IMG/VR virus record: IMGVR_UViG_3300025133_000074
Reading direction: 5' to 3' (one strand)
Source of the DNA: an uncultured virus (IMG/VR IMGVR_UViG_3300025133_000074)
Taxonomy: Duplodnaviria > Heunggongvirae > Uroviricota > Caudoviricetes
Length of the DNA: 64,000 nucleotides
Below are positions 9,243 through 20,105 of this stretch, one piece after another (within the stretch, counting starts at the first letter, position 1; each line of letters begins with the position of its first letter). Made by a program: the position numbers and the translations under genes. The notes under the pieces were generated by a model. The model saw nothing but the letters and a program-made list of their open reading frames with translations. It had not been told where the DNA came from and made no database searches.

Positions 9243-10173
9243 TCAATTTACCGATAATCGTGATATAGAATTATCTCCAGGGACTATTCGTGTACGAATA
9301 AGTACTGGTAAACGAGCCGTTGATGTAAATGCAATACCTGCTAATGCCAGTTATTTAAATATACCGTTATACGGAGAACAAGTAATAGTATTCAGTGCAA
9401 TATCTGGTAATTCTGAAAATAAGAAACAAGCTCAATATTACTATTTTTCAGCGATAAATGTCCATGGACAATTAAATAATAATATATTACCATTTATTAA
9501 TGATACACGGCCTCAGATTAATAATTATTTACAATCTGGTATTAAATCTACTATTAAAGCCAAAACTCCGGAACAATTATCTTTCGAGCCACGTAATATT
9601 GTTACAATACAACCGTACCAAGGAGATACAATCTTACAAGATCGTTTTGGCTCTGTGTTACGATTCTCTAGTACGCATAAAAATTTATCTTCATATTCTC
9701 AAAAACCGATATGGCAAGGTAAAACTGCCGGCGATCCATTTATATCATTAACATGTGGTATCGATGGTACTCGCAAGTCAGGTTATTTTACAATAGAAAA
9801 TCCAGATAAAGATTCAAGTTTAATTTATTTATCATCAACACAAAAAATAAATAATTTAAAATTAGCACAACGTAAAATAGGTTTACAAACTAAATCATTA
9901 ACATCATATACAAATCCTCAAGTAATTATATCATCTAATCGATTAATATTTAATGCACGAGAAGATGAATTAGTATTAGTATCTAAAAAAGATATTAAAC
10001 TAGCAACTCCAAATTGGTCTGTAGATGTGGATAATTTAGTAACTCAATTAGAAGCATTAGTAACTGCCATAACACAAATGACACACCCTACAGGAGTAGG
10101 ACCATCCGGGCCACCTATAAACATTGCAGATTTTACAAAAATATTAACAGAAATAAAACGGATGAAACAATAA
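9181..10173 (+). CDS. baseplate hub/central spike protein (gp5/gpV-like)
   Basis: N-terminal OB-like P-x-x-GE-x-V segment, C-terminal HPTGVGPSGPP tip motif, baseplate context. Confidence 0.55.
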   Translation: MNNINLQIGQVIQTSNPTQFDQFTDNRDIELSPGTIRVRISTGKRAVDVNAIPANASYLNIPLYGEQVIVFSAISGNSENKKQAQYYYFSAINVHGQLNNNILPFINDTRPQINNYLQSGIKSTIKAKTPEQLSFEPRNIVTIQPYQGDTILQDRFGSVLRFSSTHKNLSSYSQKPIWQGKTAGDPFISLTCGIDGTRKSGYFTIENPDKDSSLIYLSSTQKINNLKLAQRKIGLQTKSLTSYTNPQVIISSNRLIFNAREDELVLVSKKDIKLATPNWSVDVDNLVTQLEALVTAITQMTHPTGVGPSGPPINIADFTKILTEIKRMKQ

Positions 10174-10790
10174 TGCATAAACCATCATGGCTTTCAGCTG
10201 AGCTTCAAGGAATGATAGATAATAATAGTCCATTAAATGGTCTAAAATTAGGTATTACATTAGCTAAATTCTCATTAACTATTATTCCTCCCACATTAGG
10301 CGCGGCTACAGGAATTATCCCTGCCATGCATGCATATAATTCGGCGTGGCGATATGGTAAAGTTAAAGGTATTGAAGATGCGGTAAATGTATTTGCAAAA
10401 CAAAATGCAAATGGAATGTCGCCTATATCTGCTGGATTATTTACTGGAATCGCTCCTCCTCCACTTAAAGGCACTCAACCATTATATGCTGCTACTGTCG
10501 TTTTAAAAAAAGATAAAAAATTTTTATGTGATGCATTAGCAAAGGCTATATACATAAATTGGACTTTAGGTAAATCAATTTTTACACCATTTGGAACTAC
10601 TATACCGACATGGAATATTCCATTTCTTTCAAAGAAAATTAAAGATGAAGCAAAGGACCAAGGCATAGATATACCACAAATTATGTTACAAGCTAAATCT
10701 GCAATGCAACAATCGATATCAAAGGCTAGTCGTGAAATTGAATTATATGATGTAGAAGAATACCAAAAACGTACTAGTCAATTCGACTAA
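10173..10790 (+). CDS. hypothetical structural protein
   Basis: Stop/start overlap with spike-like gene. Confidence 0.65.
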   Translation: MHKPSWLSAELQGMIDNNSPLNGLKLGITLAKFSLTIIPPTLGAATGIIPAMHAYNSAWRYGKVKGIEDAVNVFAKQNANGMSPISAGLFTGIAPPPLKGTQPLYAATVVLKKDKKFLCDALAKAIYINWTLGKSIFTPFGTTIPTWNIPFLSKKIKDEAKDQGIDIPQIMLQAKSAMQQSISKASREIELYDVEEYQKRTSQFD

Positions 10791-10828
10791 TTTATTAATG
10801 TAACATATTTATTAAAAAGGATAATACT

Positions 10829-11281
10829 ATGGGCTCAAAATCATTTGTAAAGTTATTACGAAAAATTATTAGAGAAGAAGTTCAGACCGCAGTACGCCAA
10901 GTATTGACTGAACAAAAAACTAATCACAAACAAGTTATCGAACATGGAATGAATTTATCACATGTTACAGAAAATCCAATGCCTAATCGTCCGGTGGCTA
11001 AAAAACAATTCACAAAAAATTCTATGTTAAATGATCTGTTAAATGAGACGGCTGCTTTGCCGGCTGCACCGGAAATGGCAGAATGGAGTACAATGAATTT
11101 TAAATCGGAAATGGCAGATGCATTTGGAATGCCTGATAGAAATCAGCCATTAGCTACAACAGGAATTAATGGAGAAGCTGTTAATATGTCAAATGAAAAT
11201 GTTGCTTCAACTGTAAATGCAATGACAAAAGATTATTCTGCTTTAATGAAAGCAATTGATAAAAAGAAAAAGATTAGATAG
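10829..11281 (+). CDS. hypothetical virion protein
   Basis: N-terminal LLRKIIREEV..VLTEQ pattern; late motif at 10805 plus SD. Confidence 0.7.
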   Translation: MGSKSFVKLLRKIIREEVQTAVRQVLTEQKTNHKQVIEHGMNLSHVTENPMPNRPVAKKQFTKNSMLNDLLNETAALPAAPEMAEWSTMNFKSEMADAFGMPDRNQPLATTGINGEAVNMSNENVASTVNAMTKDYSALMKAIDKKKKIR

Positions 11282-11814
11282 TGGCTAGACCGATTTATAA
11301 ATATCAACCTATTAATAATACACCTGATGTAGCTATTGGAATATCATTACCATTTAACAATTCTAGTAAACGTCGGTCAGTTGAAAGCCATTATATGTCG
11401 AGTAGTCTAGATGGAACAGCCGTGTTTAATTTGACGTATACTACTGAAGAGCAAGTTATATCAAATTTAAAAAATTTACTGTTAACTCGCAAAGGCGAAA
11501 GATATATGCAACCGGAATTCGGTACAGATATTTATAATATGTTATTTGAAAATAATACTAACGATGTAAAATCTAGATTAAAGGATAATATAACAAAAGA
11601 TATCGAATATTGGTTGCCTTATATTACAATTAATGATATAGAAATGGTTACTAGTAAAGACGGTCATATGTTAACGATAGCGTTAAAATTTCAAATAACT
11701 AATATAGGAACTAATTTAGTTATTAATATCATTGCTTCTGAAAATACATTTACCATATCCGATGCGGTATTAGATACTACATTAGAGTTACGTCAAATTA
11801 GTAATGGATATTAA
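11281..11814 (+). CDS. baseplate wedge subunit, gp25-like
   Basis: NLKNLLLTRKGERYMQPEFG..LFE motif; GTG start. Confidence 0.9.
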   Translation: MARPIYKYQPINNTPDVAIGISLPFNNSSKRRSVESHYMSSSLDGTAVFNLTYTTEEQVISNLKNLLLTRKGERYMQPEFGTDIYNMLFENNTNDVKSRLKDNITKDIEYWLPYITINDIEMVTSKDGHMLTIALKFQITNIGTNLVINIIASENTFTISDAVLDTTLELRQISNGY

Positions 11815-11828
11815 GGAAAGGTTAGCTT

Positions 11829-13682
11829 ATGAGTAACTTAGTTAAGAAAGATGTAAAATATTTAAATAAAGATTTTGCCCAGTTTAGACAAAATTTAATA
11901 AACTTTGCAAAAAATTATTACCCGGATACATACCAAGATTTTAATGAATCATCTCCTGGTATGATGTTTATTGAAATGGCATCATATATTGGGGATGTAT
12001 TATCATATTATACAGATACATCTTTCCGCGAATCATTGTTATCTACTGCACGTGAAGATTCTAATATATTAATGTTATCAAATTTATTTGGATATAAGCC
12101 TAAATTAAATTCTCCGGCTAAATGTAAATTAGATGTATTTCAGCTAGTAATTGCATCCGGAACTGGGGCAAGTGCAACACCAGATATGGCTCATGCACTT
12201 ACTATTGGTAGTGATGCAGAATTAGAAAGCGAAGAAGGTATTATATTTAGAACATTAGCACCAGTTGATTTTAATTCAGATCCGGATATATCTGTATATG
12301 AAATAGATGTATCAGGTAACGTTGCTAGATATTTGTTAAAAAAACAAGTAACTGTAGAGTCTGGTCAAATTAAAACTTTAACGTTATCGTACAAAGACCC
12401 AAAGCCATATGATAAAATAGTATTACCGGAATCAGATGTTATTAATATTATAGACATTACTGATTCGGCGGGAAATAATTGGTATGAAGTTGATTATTTA
12501 GCTCAAGATACTGTATTTGAAGATATCGCAAATATTCCATTTAATGATCCGGAGTTATCGGAACACCGATCATCGGTACCATATATTTTAAAATTACGTA
12601 AAACGCCTAGGCGGTTTATTACTAGATTACGCGAAGATAATCGATTAGAAATATGTTTCGGTTCGGGAATATCATCGGATCAAGATGAAGAAATTATTCC
12701 AAATCCAAAAAATGTAGGGCAAGGGTTAGAATATTTAAAACGTATTACTAGTGATTCAATTGACCCATCTAATTTTTTATATACCAGTACTTATGGCTTA
12801 GCTCCTTCAAATACCACATTGACTATACGATACACTATAGGTGGGAGTATTTCTGATAATGTCTCGATAAATTCTATAACAAAAATAAATAATATTACAT
12901 ATTTAAATGATAATGGAACTGTTAACCTTTCGGACGCAAAAGCATCTGTAGCAGTTACAAATTCAGAACCGGCAGTTGGTGGGAAAACAAAACAAGATAT
13001 TGAAGGTATTAGACAAAATGCCATGGCAGCCTTTGCTGCTCAGAATCGTATAATTACTAAAGAAGATTATATTGCAAGGGTATATGCAATGCCATCAAAA
13101 TATGGATCAGTATCTAAAGCATATATTACAGCAGATACTCAAATAAATACAAATGATAAAACATACCCAGCAGAGACGTTACAGAATCCATTGGCATTGA
13201 ATTTGTATTTATTATCTAGAAATTCTACAGGAAATTTTATTGAACCTAATTCAGCATTAAAAGAGAATATAAGAACTTATATATCTCAATATCGTATGCT
13301 AACCGATGCAATAAATATAAAATCTGCATTTGTTATTAATATTGCAGTAGATTTTGAAATCATAACTAGACCTAATCAAAATAGTAATGAAGTAATATTA
13401 AAATGTATAGACCGATTAAAAACGTTATTATCAAATGATAGAATGCAAATCAATGGTTCCGTAGATATATCATCGATGATGTCTGAATTAGATAAAATTG
13501 ATGGGGTACAAAGTGTTGTTAATTTTGAATTTACAAATAAGACAGGCGGATCTTATTCACCAAATGTTTACAATATAAAATCCGCTATTAAAAATAATAT
13601 TTTATATCCATCATTAGATCCATGTATATTTGAAATAAAATATCCTAATTCTGATATAAGAGGGCGAGTTGTTAAAGTTTAA
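11829..13682 (+). CDS. baseplate wedge subunit, gp6-like
   Basis: DF..DFNESSPGMMFIE..YIGDVLSYY N-terminus; AQNRIITKEDY motif. Confidence 0.85.
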   Translation: MSNLVKKDVKYLNKDFAQFRQNLINFAKNYYPDTYQDFNESSPGMMFIEMASYIGDVLSYYTDTSFRESLLSTAREDSNILMLSNLFGYKPKLNSPAKCKLDVFQLVIASGTGASATPDMAHALTIGSDAELESEEGIIFRTLAPVDFNSDPDISVYEIDVSGNVARYLLKKQVTVESGQIKTLTLSYKDPKPYDKIVLPESDVINIIDITDSAGNNWYEVDYLAQDTVFEDIANIPFNDPELSEHRSSVPYILKLRKTPRRFITRLREDNRLEICFGSGISSDQDEEIIPNPKNVGQGLEYLKRITSDSIDPSNFLYTSTYGLAPSNTTLTIRYTIGGSISDNVSINSITKINNITYLNDNGTVNLSDAKASVAVTNSEPAVGGKTKQDIEGIRQNAMAAFAAQNRIITKEDYIARVYAMPSKYGSVSKAYITADTQINTNDKTYPAETLQNPLALNLYLLSRNSTGNFIEPNSALKENIRTYISQYRMLTDAINIKSAFVINIAVDFEIITRPNQNSNEVILKCIDRLKTLLSNDRMQINGSVDISSMMSELDKIDGVQSVVNFEFTNKTGGSYSPNVYNIKSAIKNNILYPSLDPCIFEIKYPNSDIRGRVVKV

Positions 13683-13690
13683 GGAATTAA

Positions 13691-14830
13691 ATGTATAGAA
13701 TATTTTACGCAGAAAGGAACACTACTTTATTTGAAAGGATGCCAAATCAAAATACTGGTATCGATCAAATTTTAGAACTTACAAAAATACAATCCGGTTC
13801 TATTATAGACGGGCGGTACCAATCAAATACATATAATACAAGATTGTTAATCGATTTTGGTTCGGAAATTAATACTCTTGCAGCTGCAGTTAATAATGGT
13901 AATATACCTCCAATCGGTAATAGTGTTGGTTCTGCATCGGTATATTTATCATTAAAATCATCTGATGCGTCAGATTTAATTCACCGATATAATATAAAGG
14001 CATTCCCAATATCAGAATCATGGTCACATGGTCAAGGATATAAAAATGATATACCAAAGACTACAAAAGGCGCATCATGGTATTTTCGTAACTCGAAAGA
14101 CGTAACTACATATTGGAATACGACTAATGGCCATAGCAGCAATCAACGTGGATTATCAGAAAAAACTAACGGTGGTGGTTCATGGATTACCGGATCATCG
14201 TATGAAGCATCACAGTCGTTTTATAATGAAATACCTGATATACGTATAAATGTATCTGACATCGTAGATAATTGGGTTAAAGGTAATATACTTAATAATG
14301 GATTTATTATTAAACGTCCTTATTCGGATGAAATATCCGGTGAATCATTGGGAGATATTAAATTTTTCGGCCGCGACTCTCATACAATATTTGTTCCTAA
14401 ATTGGAAGTAACATGGGATAATACTGCATTTGCTAATACTAGTTCGGCGGAAATTTCATCAGATACATATGTACCATATTTTAAAAATATAAAATCAGAA
14501 TATAGAACGTCAGAAATTGCAAAATTTCGAATAGGAGTTCGTCCAGAGTTCCCACCACGTACATATGTTACATCATCATTTTATTTAACCGGAGAAAGAT
14601 TACCAACTTCCTCATATTATAGCATAATAGATTCTGTAACGAATGAAATAATCGTTGCATATGATACTTTAGGTACTCGAATTGATTGTGATGTGAATGG
14701 TAGTTTCTTTAAATTACGAATGGATTCGTTCATGCCAGAGCGCCATTATAAAATACAATTAAAAATAGAAAGAGATAATGGCGATGATGTACAAACATTT
14801 GATGATTTTTATTTTAAGGTTGTTAACTAA
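13691..14830 (+). CDS. virion structural protein, possible DNRLRE-like beta domain
   Basis: RLLIDF, PISESW and NNGFII pattern; baseplate cluster. Confidence 0.55.
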   Translation: MYRIFYAERNTTLFERMPNQNTGIDQILELTKIQSGSIIDGRYQSNTYNTRLLIDFGSEINTLAAAVNNGNIPPIGNSVGSASVYLSLKSSDASDLIHRYNIKAFPISESWSHGQGYKNDIPKTTKGASWYFRNSKDVTTYWNTTNGHSSNQRGLSEKTNGGGSWITGSSYEASQSFYNEIPDIRINVSDIVDNWVKGNILNNGFIIKRPYSDEISGESLGDIKFFGRDSHTIFVPKLEVTWDNTAFANTSSAEISSDTYVPYFKNIKSEYRTSEIAKFRIGVRPEFPPRTYVTSSFYLTGERLPTSSYYSIIDSVTNEIIVAYDTLGTRIDCDVNGSFFKLRMDSFMPERHYKIQLKIERDNGDDVQTFDDFYFKVVN

Positions 14831-15825
14831 TGATAGATCGTTCCAAATATAAAAAATATGATTTAAACCAAACTAAAGAATCTGGTAAAATTGATTCTGC
14901 ATTTGATTATTTCGTCGAAACTGATGATACAGAACTTATAGAAGATGAATTCATTTCTAATGTCAAAATATCTGGTGATTATCATGACATGATGTTAAAA
15001 GAAGATATAGAAATTGCCTTTCAGTCTGCAGAAAATGAGCCGGTAATAATTCCTAATTATGAAACATTGGAAGTTATGTTAATTGAACGTGGATTGACTT
15101 ATGATGCAATACGTGTTCAAACAAATATAGATGATTTTATATATAATAATTTATATTCGTTAGATGATAGGTCGGGAGAATATAGCAATGTTATTAGATT
15201 TCAAAGCGGTTATAGACCAGCCTTTCCATTTGTAAGAGATCCTGGAGATTATATAAGAAATTTGAATAGTACTTCTGGCAGATATTATAATGGAATCGTA
15301 TTTCAGAAACAAACATGGGAAGAAAAACTTCGTGCACGATATGAAGGAAATATAATTGTTTTAAATAATAGAAGTTATGAGAATGCAATTGAATCTATAC
15401 GCATGATGATTTATGGTGATTGGAGAGCAGTTGCTTTCGAAGGAAGTTGGGGCGGAGCTTATCCGGCAATAAAAACATTAGTATATTATGATCAAATAAA
15501 CGGGTTAGGATTAGATTATAACCCTGATGTTGATCCATGGGAAGATAATTCAGTATTAAATGTAATGATTGATGAAGGAGTAATTACCGATCTTCAAGGT
15601 GATGGCTTAGATGATGAACCGATATGGAATGATTTTGATCATTATTCATGGCGCGATTCTGGGAAAACTGGAGCTAATATGGATGGTTCTGGAAGAAGAT
15701 ACCAACGATATATTGATACAACAAATAACGAAGTATTTAATTTAGAATATATGCAACCATATGAGCCGGCTGGTTCGGAGTTGTATTATAATGAGTATGG
15801 CGGATGGCAGCAAATACAGGAGTAA
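14830..15825 (+). CDS. hypothetical acidic protein
   Basis: 331-aa ORF coupled to neighbours. Confidence 0.7.
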   Translation: MIDRSKYKKYDLNQTKESGKIDSAFDYFVETDDTELIEDEFISNVKISGDYHDMMLKEDIEIAFQSAENEPVIIPNYETLEVMLIERGLTYDAIRVQTNIDDFIYNNLYSLDDRSGEYSNVIRFQSGYRPAFPFVRDPGDYIRNLNSTSGRYYNGIVFQKQTWEEKLRARYEGNIIVLNNRSYENAIESIRMMIYGDWRAVAFEGSWGGAYPAIKTLVYYDQINGLGLDYNPDVDPWEDNSVLNVMIDEGVITDLQGDGLDDEPIWNDFDHYSWRDSGKTGANMDGSGRRYQRYIDTTNNEVFNLEYMQPYEPAGSELYYNEYGGWQQIQE

Positions 15826-18800
15826 ATATAGGAAAGTCGTTAGCAAAAGCACGACAGAAAGCAAGAAATACAGTAAAACGTATGACTCGACCGTTAGTTA
15901 AGGATGGTACTGTAGAAGTACATTACTTTACTCCCGGAGAAAATCCTCGTTATATTGTTGGTGGCGTGATATCACAAGGTTATAAATTTAATACTGACAA
16001 AATTTTAATCGACCATACTGAAGTTTTAGAAACATTTAACATACGTCGTGGTAATTTTAATGCATCAGTTAATATCCATAATCCAATATTAGGATCAGAA
16101 GTTTTTCCAATGATATATCTTAAAGAGATATCTCCTGATCGACGCGAATTAAGATTTGAACATGTAGAAGTTGATAATCCAGAAGATCATGATGACATGT
16201 TAGAAGATTTTGTAGACGCTGTTAATAGTGGTATGGAATTAGTAATAAATTTTGGACAAGATCAGCTTTTCAGAATTATCAATGAAAAATTATTTGGAGA
16301 AGACGATGATTTAGTTGTACGTTTATTAGATCCTTTGCCAGATGATATTGAAGAAGAATCAACCGCATGGATTGTTAACGAATTATCTGATTCGTTTGAT
16401 GATAATGATATATCGGTTTTTGGAGAAAGTGAGTTAAATAATTTAAATGAATTACGTGGTCCTAATTTTGAAATTGAAACATCGTATGGTACAATAACAG
16501 AAACAGATTTTAAATCATGGAATACATTGTTAGATGCCAATACTTCGACATCTCAAAATGTAATTGACAGTATATTTTCAGGATCGTTATCCGGCGTTAA
16601 GTTAGGTATCGATTATTCCGGATTTAACAATTTTATATATTTTTCATCTGCAAAAGAACGCGTTGCAAATTTTAAATATAAAAAAGAATTAATTGAGTAT
16701 TATGATACACGTTTAAACGTATTAAATGACGCAACTGGTACGGATTCTACTTCTTTACAAAATAATATCACTATAAATACTTCACGTAAAAATGATATCA
16801 TAGGATCATTTGATGCATTTGAATATTGGTTATATAATGAATCAACATCAAGTTTATTCACAGAACATGATCTATATAAATCAGAAGAATATGAAATAGA
16901 AGGTGGGAGAATAGGAGCTCAAGCATATCGTGTTCAACCATGGCCAAAATATTTATCAAATGGTAAATATGTATTACATCATAGTACATCGTCATTAGCA
17001 ACATCATGGTATTCTGGTGTATACGCAACTGCTTCATTATATGACTTTGAAAATCCTAATAATTTAGCTACGACTATTCCAGAACATATACGGAATGATG
17101 AAAATAACTTACAGTATGAATTATTTGTTAACATGATTGGTCATCATTATGATATCATATATTCATATATTGATAATTTAGCTAAATTATATAAATTAGA
17201 AGAACATCCTACGTTAGGACAAAGTAAAGATACATTGTATGAAATTGCATCTTCATTAGGTTGGTCATTAACTGATGGTAACCAAGCTTCTGCTTTATGG
17301 CAATATAAATTAGGTGTTAATTCCGGGTCAGGTGCTTACCAATCAACTGGATCGTTATTTTCGAAGTCTGATGAAGATATAACAACAGAAGTATGGCGTA
17401 GAATTGTTAATAATTTACCATATTTACTTAAATCTAAAGGTACTGCGAGGTCAGTTAAAGCGTTGATGAATACATATGGTATTCCGCAGACTTTACTTTC
17501 TATACGAGAATATGGTGGTCCGAATGTATCTGGAGAATCTCCTGTTTTAATAGAAGACCGATTTAATTATGCATTACAAATTAATGAAAATGCATATATT
17601 AAAGTTCCATCAACTAGTAATACTATACGTACACGTGAAATTCGATTTAAGCCGGCCATCAAAGATGATATGGCATTAATGTCATATTACAATGGCTCTA
17701 ATACTAAATTTCATATAGCTGTTTTATATACAGGTTCATATTCTGGAAGTGATTCTTATGGTCGTATTGCAATAGCAGATAGCGCCGGCAGTTCTACTAC
17801 AAGTTTTCTTCCATTATTCGATGGTGAGTTTTGGAATCTTAAATGGACTACTTCTGTTGGCGATGATAATGCGGTTACAGTACAAAAAGCCTCAGATTAT
17901 ATCACTGGCAAAGTGATTCATTCTGGATCTACAGGTAATATTGAAGAACCTATTGATGGAGGATCTGGAGAAGTATTTATTGGTGGTAAGTTAGGAACAT
18001 CAAACGTTGATACACAAATTAATAATCTGTCAGATACTAGTATTACTACATTTAGTGGTTCAATACAAGAATATCGTGAATGGTTTGAAACAATTAATGA
18101 TACGACATTTGACTTACATACATTGAATCCTAGTTCATATGTATCATCTTTAAGTCCTACTGCATCATATGATCAATTACATAGACATTTACCGTTAGGT
18201 ACTGATTTAGATGCAATTGATTATTCTACTAACGGCACAAAAATTATAAGTAAACATCCGGCTTCCGGAAGTAATACGTTACATGGTGGTGAAGCAATAG
18301 TTAACGGATTTATTACGCCGGCAAATTCTGAACGTGGAAATTTTGAACCTGTAGAAGAAACGTATTATATTCAAGGTATATCTTTAGGTGGTAATGTTCC
18401 AAGATCACAGAAAATACGAATAGAAGATAATGAATTAGTTAGAAATTTATCTCCTACAAATACTGCAGAGAAGTCTAGATTTGATCGCGCTCCAATTGAT
18501 ACAAATCGATTAGGTTTATTTTATTCAATGGCTGATCAAATTAACAAAGAAATTTTCAATCAAATTGGCGATGTTGAATTAGATGATTATATAGGAGATC
18601 CAAGTGATCAATACGAATCTATATATCCAGGTTTAGAAAATTTTGCAAATGAATATTGGAAAAAATATACAAATCGTAATGATATAAATGCATTTATACG
18701 TATATTTAGTCAATTTGATTTTTCGTTATTTACTCAAATAAAACAATTATTACCTGAACGTGTAGATGAAGCAATGGGGTTATTGGTTGAACCACATGCA

Positions 18801-19370
18801 TTAGAACGAACTAAAATACAAGTAATAAAACCTATAACATATACAAATCCGCAATATGATGTAGTAATTCCTGGTTTACAACCTACTGCTAGTGCTGATT
18901 ATAAAAATTATGAAGCAAATATTTCAATAAATGAAAATGTATTATCTATGCAATCATTATATCAAACAGCATCAAATGGTTATATAGATAATAATTATTT
19001 ATTTAATATAAATGTAACAAATACCGGTAGTATGACCGGATCGGTAAATGAAGGTTTTGTTTTAAACTCTAGAGTTAGTAGTATATTTAATACAGAAAAG
19101 TTTTTTTATAGTTCAGTTATAAGTCAATCAATTGGACAATATTATAGTCGATCATTTACGGCCGCATCATATCGCGATGATAAATTTATTATGACAGAAA
19201 ATCAAAGATTTGATGGTATGCAACTTACGGCTCCTGGAATTAATCAAAATTCAGCATATCCACAATTAAATTTTGAACCAATAGTTCAAGTATTTGCAGT
19301 GAATCCAAATCAATTAATTTATAATGAAACGCCGGCACCGAATCAACAAGGTACGTTACGTGTACAGTAA
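15804..19370 (+). CDS. large baseplate wedge protein (gp7/gpI-like motif)
   Basis: LPYLLKSKGTARSVKALMNTYG motif, LamG-like middle region, baseplate context. Confidence 0.6.
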   Translation: MAANTGVNIGKSLAKARQKARNTVKRMTRPLVKDGTVEVHYFTPGENPRYIVGGVISQGYKFNTDKILIDHTEVLETFNIRRGNFNASVNIHNPILGSEVFPMIYLKEISPDRRELRFEHVEVDNPEDHDDMLEDFVDAVNSGMELVINFGQDQLFRIINEKLFGEDDDLVVRLLDPLPDDIEEESTAWIVNELSDSFDDNDISVFGESELNNLNELRGPNFEIETSYGTITETDFKSWNTLLDANTSTSQNVIDSIFSGSLSGVKLGIDYSGFNNFIYFSSAKERVANFKYKKELIEYYDTRLNVLNDATGTDSTSLQNNITINTSRKNDIIGSFDAFEYWLYNESTSSLFTEHDLYKSEEYEIEGGRIGAQAYRVQPWPKYLSNGKYVLHHSTSSLATSWYSGVYATASLYDFENPNNLATTIPEHIRNDENNLQYELFVNMIGHHYDIIYSYIDNLAKLYKLEEHPTLGQSKDTLYEIASSLGWSLTDGNQASALWQYKLGVNSGSGAYQSTGSLFSKSDEDITTEVWRRIVNNLPYLLKSKGTARSVKALMNTYGIPQTLLSIREYGGPNVSGESPVLIEDRFNYALQINENAYIKVPSTSNTIRTREIRFKPAIKDDMALMSYYNGSNTKFHIAVLYTGSYSGSDSYGRIAIADSAGSSTTSFLPLFDGEFWNLKWTTSVGDDNAVTVQKASDYITGKVIHSGSTGNIEEPIDGGSGEVFIGGKLGTSNVDTQINNLSDTSITTFSGSIQEYREWFETINDTTFDLHTLNPSSYVSSLSPTASYDQLHRHLPLGTDLDAIDYSTNGTKIISKHPASGSNTLHGGEAIVNGFITPANSERGNFEPVEETYYIQGISLGGNVPRSQKIRIEDNELVRNLSPTNTAEKSRFDRAPIDTNRLGLFYSMADQINKEIFNQIGDVELDDYIGDPSDQYESIYPGLENFANEYWKKYTNRNDINAFIRIFSQFDFSLFTQIKQLLPERVDEAMGLLVEPHALERTKIQVIKPITYTNPQYDVVIPGLQPTASADYKNYEANISINENVLSMQSLYQTASNGYIDNNYLFNINVTNTGSMTGSVNEGFVLNSRVSSIFNTEKFFYSSVISQSIGQYYSRSFTAASYRDDKFIMTENQRFDGMQLTAPGINQNSAYPQLNFEPIVQVFAVNPNQLIYNETPAPNQQGTLRVQ

Positions 19371-19410
19371 ATTTACCTATAAGCATATTTATTAAAAAGT
19401 AGGATAAGAT

Positions 19411-20091
19411 ATGGGATATTTAAATAATAGTTCGATAACAATTGATGCAATTCTTACCAAAAAAGGTAGAGAGTTGTTAGCACGAGGACGTGATGAATTT
19501 AAAATTACGCAATTTGCGTTAGCAGATGATGAAATAGATTATGATTTATATAATCCAGAGCATCCATTAGGGTCCGCATATTATGGTGCCGCAATTGAAA
19601 ATATGCCTATATTAGAAGCTTTGCCGGATGAAACTCAAACTATGAAATATAAGTTAGTAACTTTACCAAAAGGAACTGCCCGAATTCCAGTTGTATCACT
19701 TGGCCAATCATCAATAACATTACAAGCAAACCAATCATCTATCTTATCACCCGATACTGTTAATTTTTCTGGTGGTAATAGACAATTTGGATATACAGCA
19801 ATTTTATCGGATTCTGATGTAGCTGAATTGAGAGTTACTCAAGCAATTGGTCGACAAGGTGCAGCCGCATCTATACCTCAATTTATTGGTGATTCTGAAT
19901 CAGCCCAGAGTATTAGTCTTCAAGGAGTTGAATTTGAAGTGATTGCAAAAGAACAATATGATACAGATAAAACTGCGACGTTAGTAATTATTGGAAATGA
20001 AACCGGTGGTAGAGCTACTTTAGATATAACTGTTAAAAAATTGGATGTAGCTACAGTATCTCAAAAAGGTAATGTAGAATCGGGATTATAA
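19411..20091 (+). CDS. virion structural protein (baseplate/tail-collar-like)
   Basis: AILTKKGRELLA..ITQFALADDEIDY; late motif at 19385. Confidence 0.55.
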   Translation: MGYLNNSSITIDAILTKKGRELLARGRDEFKITQFALADDEIDYDLYNPEHPLGSAYYGAAIENMPILEALPDETQTMKYKLVTLPKGTARIPVVSLGQSSITLQANQSSILSPDTVNFSGGNRQFGYTAILSDSDVAELRVTQAIGRQGAAASIPQFIGDSESAQSISLQGVEFEVIAKEQYDTDKTATLVIIGNETGGRATLDITVKKLDVATVSQKGNVESGL

Positions 20092-20105
20092 AGGAATAAA
20101 TAGAA